A stretch of DNA of 64,000 nucleotides from a virus (lineage: Duplodnaviria > Caudoviricetes). The translations under genes and the position numbers were made by a program. This document shows, piece after piece, positions 57,929 through 64,000 of the stretch; the first letter of the stretch is position 1, and each line of letters opens with the position of its first letter. A model generated the notes under the pieces. It searched no databases, had not been told where the DNA came from, and was given only the letters and a program-made list of their open reading frames with translations. The DNA lies in the IMG/VR virus record IMGVR_UViG_3300049740_002155; one strand, given 5' to 3'.

Positions 57929-58459
57929 ATGATGGTAATTAAAGGAACTAAAAGAATATTGTCTTTATTTTTGCTTTGTGCTTCTGCATTGAATGCAGAC
58001 TTTGTTAAAAATTGGAGCAAGTATTATCAAACCTCTTTAGATGCTTCCAAAGAAAATCGTGCAAGGTTGGTAATTGAAAACGGATATTCAGTTCCGAGTT
58101 CTGCACAAAAAGCAATTGAAATTGCGGCCGACATCTTTGAGGGTGATGAAGGTAAAACTCGTAGTCAGTTGATAAAGTATCTTTCTCATACCGGTGCAGT
58201 AGAAAGTTTATACAAAACCAAAGTTCAGTATGGTAATGGTCCTGCTCGTAGTTATTGGCAAGTTGAACCTAAAACCGCAATGGATGTAGTTAAAAACTCT
58301 AGTGCTTATTTCGGAAAGAAGTTTCATGCTAAGTATGGTAAGAATGCTTTAAGAAAGTTGCAATCATTGAACGAAGCACAATGGGCAGATGCTCTTGAGA
58401 AGTACGATGAAATTGGTGCTATCATGGCAACTGCAAAGTGGTTAGCAACATCTTGGTAA
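57929..58459 (+). CDS. Exported protein, possibly lysozyme-like
   Basis: Signal peptide (ALNA); VES..K...Q.G.GPARSYWQVEP.TA resembles a lysozyme-superfamily E...GxxQ pattern. Confidence 0.45.
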   Translation: MMVIKGTKRILSLFLLCASALNADFVKNWSKYYQTSLDASKENRARLVIENGYSVPSSAQKAIEIAADIFEGDEGKTRSQLIKYLSHTGAVESLYKTKVQYGNGPARSYWQVEPKTAMDVVKNSSAYFGKKFHAKYGKNALRKLQSLNEAQWADALEKYDEIGAIMATAKWLATSW

Positions 58460-58466
58460 TTTAGAT

Positions 58467-58495
58467 TTGCAATTATTTTTTGTTTCATATAAAGT
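58467..58495 (+). promoter_or_regulatory. sigma70-type promoter, leaderless
   Basis: TTGCAA-17 nt-TAAAGT, 6 nt to ATG 58502. Confidence 0.6.
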
Positions 58496-58501
58496 ATTGA
58501 C

Positions 58502-58954
58502 ATGAACTGGCCGGAATACTTTTATGATATGGCAAATCTCGTTGCCAAGAAAAGCAAAGATCAATCTACACAAATTGGTGCAGTCATAGTGGGACCTGAT
58601 AACGAAATTCGTTCAACTGGTTACAATAGTTTTCCAAGTGGTATAAATGATAATTTAGATATCCGACAACAACGACCTGAAAAATATTATTGGATAGAAC
58701 ACGCAGAACGCAATGCTTTGTACAACGCAGCTAAAATAGGTGTATCCACTAAAAATTGTGTTATGTATTTAAATTGCGGAGTTCCTTGTTGCGATTGTGC
58801 TAGAGGAATTATTAACGCAGGAATTAAAAAAATTTATGTATGCGGGAAAGATATAACCAAATCGGATCATTGGTTAGAGCATTCAAAACGGTCACAAATA
58901 ATGTTTGAAGAAAGTGGAGTTGAAGTTATTCGTTATATGAGTTTCTCAAACTGA
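58502..58954 (+). CDS. dCMP deaminase
   Basis: IGAVIV, TGYN, HAERNA, PCCDCAR. Confidence 0.92.
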   Translation: MNWPEYFYDMANLVAKKSKDQSTQIGAVIVGPDNEIRSTGYNSFPSGINDNLDIRQQRPEKYYWIEHAERNALYNAAKIGVSTKNCVMYLNCGVPCCDCARGIINAGIKKIYVCGKDITKSDHWLEHSKRSQIMFEESGVEVIRYMSFSN

Positions 58955-59220
58955 GTATTTTTTTGAGTAATTGAATCTTTACTTAACTCTTTGTGTACTT
59001 CTTTATGACGATTTACTGCATCCATCATTACTTGATCCCGTGAAGAAATGTGCTTTTGAACTGCATTGGGAATGGGAAGTGTGCTTGTCTCAGTTTTATC
59101 AGAATCCATAATAAGAGCATCAATCATACCAAGTGCCTGACCTAAATAAATGTCTTTTTTTGCGGAATCGTCAATTGATTTTTCCAAAATTTCTTTTACC
59201 TTTTTTAGTTTATCTTTCAT
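58933..59220 (-). CDS. Hypothetical protein
   Basis: Start ATG 59220, 4 nt after minus-strand ATATTTAT (59225-59232). Confidence 0.65.
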   Translation of the reverse strand: MKDKLKKVKEILEKSIDDSAKKDIYLGQALGMIDALIMDSDKTETSTLPIPNAVQKHISSRDQVMMDAVNRHKEVHKELSKDSITQKNTQFEKLI

Positions 59221-59400
59221 ATTTATAAATATGCACAAAAAAAACTATTGACGATAACATTAAAATGTGAAACAATAGTTATTAATAAAAATAATGATGA
59301 TACAAACTAAAATGATTGAACGCACCTAATATGGTATGTTGCGATACATTATTATTTCATATTAAAATACGCATCGCATCTGCGTACCCAACTTACATAA

Positions 59401-59940
59401 ATGGATAAAAACAAGTTCCCTAGAAAAAGAAAAGAGTACGGTCCACGGATTAATGAAAAGATTCGCATACCGCAAATAAGAGTTATTAACGAAGATGGCA
59501 AACTGCTTGGACTTATGTCTCCAAAAGAAGCACTTGATATTGCCAAGCAACAGGGTCTTGATTTAGTTGAGATTGTTGCGACTGCACGTCCACCTGTTTG
59601 CAAAATAATTGAATATGGTAAATACAAGTACGAGCAAAGCAAAAAGCAAAACTTATCTGGTACAAAAAAAGCAAAGTTTAAAGAAATTAAATTTCATCCA
59701 AGAATTGATGAACACGATTACCAAACAAAACTTAAAAAGATATGTGAGTTTTTAGGTAAAGGAAATCAAGTTAGAATAGCAGTTGAATTCAGAGGTAGAG
59801 AAATGCAATACAAGCATCTTGGAAATGAACTACTTGATCGTGTAATAAATGATGCAGGTGAATTGTGTAAAACAAATACACCCTTCACATATGCCGGAAG
59901 AAGAATATCTACCAATTTAAGTCCTGCAAAAAGTTCTTAA
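59401..59940 (+). CDS. infC: Translation initiation factor IF-3
   Basis: INEKIR...RVI, GLDLVEI, PPVCKIIEYGKYKYE, KEIKF.P.IDEHD..TK, GNQVRI...FRGRE. Confidence 0.95.
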   Translation: MDKNKFPRKRKEYGPRINEKIRIPQIRVINEDGKLLGLMSPKEALDIAKQQGLDLVEIVATARPPVCKIIEYGKYKYEQSKKQNLSGTKKAKFKEIKFHPRIDEHDYQTKLKKICEFLGKGNQVRIAVEFRGREMQYKHLGNELLDRVINDAGELCKTNTPFTYAGRRISTNLSPAKSS

Positions 59941-59941
59941 C

Positions 59942-60016
59942 TTAGAATACTAAGACAAGAACAACTGCAACTGCGACTAACGCAACAATCTGCCATACTT
60001 TAACACCGTGTATCAT
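59942..60016 (-). CDS. 24-aa single-TM microprotein
   Basis: Own translation MIHGVKVWQIVALVAVAVVLVLVF; ATATTTAT (60022-60029, minus strand) 5 nt upstream. Confidence 0.55.
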   Translation of the reverse strand: MIHGVKVWQIVALVAVAVVLVLVF

Positions 60017-60054
60017 ATTACATAAATATAATATATACATTCCCAAGATGTAAT

Positions 60055-60062
60055 ATATTTAT
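60055..60062 (+). promoter_or_regulatory. ATATTTAT motif (candidate late promoter), divergent from the copy at 60022-60029
   Basis: 7 nt upstream of the Nudix ATG 60070. Confidence 0.5.
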
Positions 60063-60069
60063 TTAAAAG

Positions 60070-60531
60070 ATGAAATTAGTAGAAGCAATGAAAGAAATAG
60101 CAGAGCAATCGGCAGGAATTATCGTATACAGAAAAAATTCCGAGGGCATTCCTGAGTTTTTATTGCTTAACGGAGATGCAATTGGTTGGGGATTTCCCAA
60201 GGGTCATGTTGATAAAGGAGAAAATCTTATTCAAACTGCAAAGCGAGAAACTTACGAAGAAACTTCTCTTAAAATTTCAAAGTTAGAATCTGGATTCAAA
60301 CAAGAAGTTAAGTATTTTCTGAAGAAGAATTGGTCAACTGGTAAGCAATACAAAATACCCAAGTTAAAGATGGTGACTTATTTTCTTGCGGAAGTTCCTT
60401 ACGAATCAAATGTAAGAATTTCACACGAACATATTGGATTTCTTTGGTTGCCATATTCCAAGGCAAAAAAGAAGCAGTTGTTCAACAAGAAACTTCTCAA
60501 GTATGCAAAGGATTATATTTTGGCAAAGTGA
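60070..60531 (+). CDS. Nudix hydrolase (Ap4A hydrolase-like)
   Basis: SAGIIVYR, WGFPKGH, Nudix box GHVDKGENLIQTAKRETYEET, SHEH..W. Confidence 0.9.
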   Translation: MKLVEAMKEIAEQSAGIIVYRKNSEGIPEFLLLNGDAIGWGFPKGHVDKGENLIQTAKRETYEETSLKISKLESGFKQEVKYFLKKNWSTGKQYKIPKLKMVTYFLAEVPYESNVRISHEHIGFLWLPYSKAKKKQLFNKKLLKYAKDYILAK

Positions 60532-61104
60532 TTACTTCCCAAACTCGTAATTAAAATACTCAATGTCTTTTGCGTATTTTTCCGCAACAATTGAACGAGT
60601 TTCGTCATCATAGTATTCGGTGTATTGTTCATGCTGAGTTTTATTCCAGTGAGGTAATTCACATTCAGAAACTCCAACTTCGTTGCAAATAAAATCAAAA
60701 TCTTTTTGTAAATTTTCAAATTTTCCGATGAAATTTACATAATCGTGGTTTATGAGATTGTATTGTAAACGATGATGTCTATCGCAATTATTGAAATCGT
60801 CATTCTTAATTGCATGAACAAATTCCGTAAAAGAATGATTTTTGTATTTTACATAATCACGTAATTGCCATTTTGTTCCGATTGACATTTTCGTTTTGTC
60901 TAAAAAACAAGATACAAGTCTGTCCCACGGATTTCTAACAAACGCAAACTGAAAATATTTTCTATGTCCGTATAAATGCTTGGATTTTACAGTGGCCACC
61001 GAAAAGTCAGGATGTTTGCAAAAGAACATTTTCACAGAACTGCATCCAGTTTTTGGGACTTCATACCAAAAAAGTTTAAGTTGGGGACATTTGTACAGAA
61101 TCAT
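60532..61104 (-). CDS. Sulfotransferase family 2 protein
   Basis: VPKTGCSS PAPS-binding loop, FVRNPWDRLVS, FIGKFENL..DF; ATATTTAT 6 nt upstream on the minus strand. Confidence 0.85.
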   Translation of the reverse strand: MILYKCPQLKLFWYEVPKTGCSSVKMFFCKHPDFSVATVKSKHLYGHRKYFQFAFVRNPWDRLVSCFLDKTKMSIGTKWQLRDYVKYKNHSFTEFVHAIKNDDFNNCDRHHRLQYNLINHDYVNFIGKFENLQKDFDFICNEVGVSECELPHWNKTQHEQYTEYYDDETRSIVAEKYAKDIEYFNYEFGK

Positions 61105-61117
61105 TAAAAAATAAATA

Positions 61118-61146
61118 TTGACTTTTTATAATATTCATGCTAATAT
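61118..61146 (+). promoter_or_regulatory. sigma70-type promoter (def), leaderless
   Basis: TTGACT-17 nt-TAATAT, 6 nt to ATG 61153. Confidence 0.8.
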
Positions 61147-61152
61147 GCTAAT

Positions 61153-61701
61153 ATGAAAATCGTTAATTACGGACAAGAAATTTTAGAAACTCCGACTCAA
61201 AAGGTTACGGAGTTTAATGAAGACTTAGTAAAGTTTACCGAAGATATGATTTCCACGATGAAGTCAAGCAATGGAGTTGGATTGGCTGCTCCACAAGTCG
61301 GCGATAATCGTAGAATCTGTGTGATTGATTTGGGATTCACCGAAGGATTTGTTTATGATGGAGAAAAGGTTCTAACCGATGACTACTACCCCTTGGTTTT
61401 GATTAATCCCGAAATCAAAGTCGTATCAGAAGCAAAGTCTATTATGAATGAAGGATGTTTGAGTTTTCCTGGTGTAACTCTTGAAGTTAAACGTCCAAGT
61501 ATCATCAAACTTACTTTTCAAGATATTGAAGGAAACAATCGCATCGTAGAATGTGCCGGTGGTCTTGCTCGTTGCATTCAACACGAAGTTGATCATCTTG
61601 ATGGAGTTTTATTTAATCAACGAACCAAGAAAATTAAAAACAAGGATGCTAAATTAATCCGCAAAATCAAATCTGAAAATGCCAATCTTACATTACACTA
61701 A
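61153..61701 (+). CDS. def: Peptide deformylase
   Basis: GVGLAAPQVG, EGCLS, QHEVDHLDG. Confidence 0.96.
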   Translation: MKIVNYGQEILETPTQKVTEFNEDLVKFTEDMISTMKSSNGVGLAAPQVGDNRRICVIDLGFTEGFVYDGEKVLTDDYYPLVLINPEIKVVSEAKSIMNEGCLSFPGVTLEVKRPSIIKLTFQDIEGNNRIVECAGGLARCIQHEVDHLDGVLFNQRTKKIKNKDAKLIRKIKSENANLTLH

Positions 61702-61966
61702 AGACGATAGAGTAGAACACTTTCACATATTCGGTTACTTCAAAGAGTTTACCGACAAAAAAACACGACAATATCTTGGACATCAGTTATTGGAAGAAAT
61801 TGATGCAGATATAAAAATGGGTGCAGAATCTATGACAAACGAAACACACACCAAGAATCTAAAACTTAAAAGTGGTTTCAAGGAAATTACGGTGGAAGCA
61901 TCAAACGATAATCCTTTAGAAGTAGAAGTATTTTACAATTTTGCTTGTGGTCGTGTAAAGAAGTAA
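61679..61966 (+). CDS. Hypothetical protein
   Basis: 95-aa ORF overlapping the end of def. Confidence 0.6.
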   Translation: MPILHYTKDDRVEHFHIFGYFKEFTDKKTRQYLGHQLLEEIDADIKMGAESMTNETHTKNLKLKSGFKEITVEASNDNPLEVEVFYNFACGRVKK

Positions 61967-61996
61967 CTTTTTTTGTTTTCATATATATTTATTGCT

Positions 61997-62338
61997 ATGA
62001 AACATACGAAGTTACTTAGCATTGTAAATGATATTTTAAACGAAGGTAAAACTCTTTGGAAAGCACCTAAAAGACAAAAATACGAAAACGAAGCACACGC
62101 AAAACGTGAACTTAAAAAGATGCCAAGTAAACTGCAAAAGTATTTTACGATTAAACCAGTTGACGGTCCTTCTTACGGAGTTGAAGTTGAAGTAAACAAA
62201 GCATTTGATAAAAAAGCAACTACACTTGATAATAGCATGGATACATATACCAAGGAAGTTGATGGTTTTGAAATTACTCTTGCAGATGGATATTATCCAC
62301 TTGAAATTGCAAAGTTTGACGAATCCGAGTGGAAATAA
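61997..62338 (+). CDS. Hypothetical protein, paralog of 62365-62745
   Basis: Start ATG 61997, 4 nt after ATATTTAT (61985-61992); WKAPK..KY..E......K.PSKL..YFT. Confidence 0.7.
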   Translation: MKHTKLLSIVNDILNEGKTLWKAPKRQKYENEAHAKRELKKMPSKLQKYFTIKPVDGPSYGVEVEVNKAFDKKATTLDNSMDTYTKEVDGFEITLADGYYPLEIAKFDESEWK

Positions 62339-62364
62339 TTTAATTTAAACACAAATCTATTATT

Positions 62365-62745
62365 ATGAAAATCACACGAAATGAATTAAAAGAAATAATC
62401 CGAGAGGTTATTACAGAATCAACTTGGAAAAAACCGAAGTCATATTTTGTAGCACCAAAAAACGCAAAGTATAAAGACGAAAAAGAAGTTGAAAAAAAAT
62501 TTAAAAGAATTCCAAGTAAATTAAAAAATTTCTTGACCCCAACATCAACTGGCATTGAAATAAATAAGAAGAAATTTCACGCAGATGCAGAAGAGTTAGA
62601 CGAAAACATAGATGATGGAACAGAGTATTATCTTGAAGATTATGTCGTTATTCTTGACAAAAAAGGTGGTAAAAATCTAATGGGTGTTCAAGAATTTCGT
62701 GTAGATGATTATCCAGAGTTTGCTTTAAATGCTGGACTTGATTAA
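62365..62745 (+). CDS. Hypothetical protein with MKITRNELKEIIREVITE N-terminus
   Basis: APKNAKYKDE....K.KRIPSKLKNFLT shared with the upstream ORF. Confidence 0.7.
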   Translation: MKITRNELKEIIREVITESTWKKPKSYFVAPKNAKYKDEKEVEKKFKRIPSKLKNFLTPTSTGIEINKKKFHADAEELDENIDDGTEYYLEDYVVILDKKGGKNLMGVQEFRVDDYPEFALNAGLD

Positions 62746-62750
62746 GTTTT

Positions 62751-63131
62751 ATGGCAAAAATAGTAACGTTTGATTTCGACGATACTCTTACATTACCACA
62801 CTACGATGAAGAAGAAGAGTTGTGGACATCTGGTTTAGAACCTAACAAAAAAACAATTTCAGCACTAAAAAAGTTTGCTTCAAACGGATACGAAGTAAAA
62901 ATTGTAACATCACGACACGGAACAGGTAAACATAAAAAAGATGTTGCAACATTTGCAAAAAAGCACAATCTTCCGATAAAAGACATTATATTCACCAACG
63001 GAAAAGACAAAGTACATACTCTACTTAGAATAGGAAGTGTATTGCATTACGATGATGATCCACATGAACTTTCGTTGATAAAAAGCAAGAAAATAAAAAC
63101 TATTCATATTAAACATCCTCTGGATAAATAA
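62751..63131 (+). CDS. HAD-superfamily phosphatase
   Basis: VTFDFDDTL, IVTSR, GKDK, HYDDD. Confidence 0.82.
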   Translation: MAKIVTFDFDDTLTLPHYDEEEELWTSGLEPNKKTISALKKFASNGYEVKIVTSRHGTGKHKKDVATFAKKHNLPIKDIIFTNGKDKVHTLLRIGSVLHYDDDPHELSLIKSKKIKTIHIKHPLDK

Positions 63132-63176
63132 TAAATTTGATTTTTTTCGTAATATTTATATAATATATTATATTAT

Positions 63177-63389
63177 ATGAATACAAAAATAAAATGGGAA
63201 GAAGTCACGACACACGATAAACTCATGGAATATATTCGTGAAGTTATTGGTGAGCATAATTTATATGATGAATTGTATGAAGATTTATTGTATGGTATGA
63301 TTAAAAACCGTGAACTTCAACAAAAGCAGGAAAAACTAAATGAAAGTATTTCCGATATGCAAGGAATTATTATGCCAAATGGAAAATGA
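63177..63389 (+). CDS. Hypothetical protein
   Basis: 70-aa ORF. Confidence 0.6.
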   Translation: MNTKIKWEEVTTHDKLMEYIREVIGEHNLYDELYEDLLYGMIKNRELQQKQEKLNESISDMQGIIMPNGK

Positions 63390-63585
63390 AATAAAAGAAA
63401 GTAGATGGTCTAAATTTGTTTCATCTTTTGAAGATTACAAATATAGTTCTTTTGGTGAGATTGATGAATATTACTTGACATCTCAAGAAAGGACCAATAT
63501 GTTCAAAAAAGCAACAGAAGACTTAAAAATAAAAGTAAAAGCATTACGTGAACAAAAAAAATCAAATAAAGATAAAAATGGATAA
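63379..63585 (+). CDS. Hypothetical protein
   Basis: Start at ATG 63379. Confidence 0.55.
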   Translation: MENEIKESRWSKFVSSFEDYKYSSFGEIDEYYLTSQERTNMFKKATEDLKIKVKALREQKKSNKDKNG

Positions 63586-63709
63586 AATAGAAAGTGCTAT
63601 TAAAAAAGCATACATTTATCATTTTGAACCAAAACCACCGACCCAAAATCAATTAAATATTAGAAAACTAATTGAATATGCAAAGGTGACTGATTTTAAA
63701 AAAAATTAA
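63578..63709 (+). CDS. 43-aa hypothetical protein
   Basis: Own translation MDKIESAIKKAYIYHFEPKPPTQNQLNIRKLIEYAKVTDFKKN; overlapping start. Confidence 0.45.
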   Translation: MDKIESAIKKAYIYHFEPKPPTQNQLNIRKLIEYAKVTDFKKN

Positions 63710-63755
63710 TTAATTTTAATCCAAGATTACATCTTCATCGTATTTATAATTAGAG

Positions 63756-63938
63756 ATGAATTGGAAACGCATAATAAAATATCATGCACGATGGCAAAGT
63801 GGTTTCATCGTATCTTTTCCTGTAATGTGGGTATGTCAGGAAAAATTAGGAATGCCTTTGTGGGCAAGTATATTATTATTTCAGTTTGTTGGTGCGTTGA
63901 TATATTATAATATTGACCATTTCATATTTAAGAAGTAA
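63756..63938 (+). CDS. Small membrane protein
   Basis: Two hydrophobic segments; GTATTTAT 8 nt upstream. Confidence 0.6.
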   Translation: MNWKRIIKYHARWQSGFIVSFPVMWVCQEKLGMPLWASILLFQFVGALIYYNIDHFIFKK

Positions 63939-63947
63939 TATATAATA

Positions 63948-64000
63948 ATGTTAAATAATATATTCTCTTTGATTCTGGTGACTACAATTTGTTTCGCAAT
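63948..64000 (+). CDS. N-terminal fragment of an exported protein, truncated by window end
   Basis: MLNNIFSLILVTTICFA, signal-peptide-like. Confidence 0.4.
   Translation, partial: MLNNIFSLILVTTICFA

Noticed and set aside
59293-59328. Short ORF MMIQTKMIERT upstream of infC as a leader peptide
   Set aside because: Only about 11 codons, no regulatory codon run, no attenuator hairpin with U-tract, and the upstream -10 (AACAAT) is weak.
336-63010. Most minus-strand and nested short ORFs in the six-frame track (e.g. 361-705, 2797-3129, 25793-26371, 27763-28206, 38822-39328, 43062-43562, 57183-57722)
   Set aside because: They lie inside well-supported + strand genes, have low-complexity antisense composition and lack promoter motifs. 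Only the minus ORFs at 58933-59220, 59942-60016 and 60532-61104 occupy free space with an upstream motif.
1-64000. Bacterial chromosome or integrated prophage rather than free phage
   Set aside because: Host-type genes are interleaved gene by gene with baseplate, gp32, UvsX and RNase H-type genes and share the same promoter motifs. No integrase, att site, rRNA or ribosomal-protein operon context is seen. A chimeric assembly cannot be fully excluded without reads.
1-64000. Eukaryotic giant virus (suggested by SAP motif and sulfotransferase)
   Set aside because: sigma70 promoters, bS21, IF-3, NusG, PDF, lipoboxes and a BAM-type barrel all require a bacterial diderm host.
1-64000. CRISPR array or other long repeat-spacer array
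   Set aside because: No run of three or more equal-length direct repeats with unique spacers was found by eye. The DUF2828 leader has only two units.

Overview
AT-rich, gene-dense 64-kb segment of a jumbo (T4-like, myovirus-type) bacteriophage, almost all on the + strand. Phage core: baseplate wedge/hub-like genes, compact family-A DNA polymerase, gp32-like SSB, RecA/UvsX, 5'-3' exonuclease, DnaB-like helicase, NrdA/NrdB, RecD-like helicase, dCMP deaminase, three MTases and two tRNAs (Leu-UAA, Ser-UGA). Interleaved with these is an unusually large set of host-type genes: (1) the PrkA(YeaG)-YeaH-SpoVR(YcgB) triad; (2) a beta-oxidation operon (fadA-fadB/J-fadE) flanked by an Ldh_2 oxidoreductase and L-serine dehydratase; (3) an apparently complete arginine succinyltransferase pathway (DUF1338, astD, M20 hydrolase, astC-like aminotransferase, astA, astB); (4) expression-machinery genes NusG, bS21, IF-3 and peptide deformylase; (5) an outer-membrane beta-barrel. 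Non-coding signals read directly from the sequence: many sigma70-type promoters place the start codon at the predicted +1 (leaderless mRNAs); a strand-specific ATATTTAT motif sits a few nt before many other starts (candidate late promoter); and a structured two-unit RNA leader (7-bp stem plus AT(C/A)CAGCAA) precedes a DUF2828/TROVE-like vWA gene. NrdB lacks the radical tyrosine (class Ic-like). Several host-type genes tentatively suggest a Verrucomicrobia/PVC host. All family assignments come from motif recognition by eye; no database search was run.
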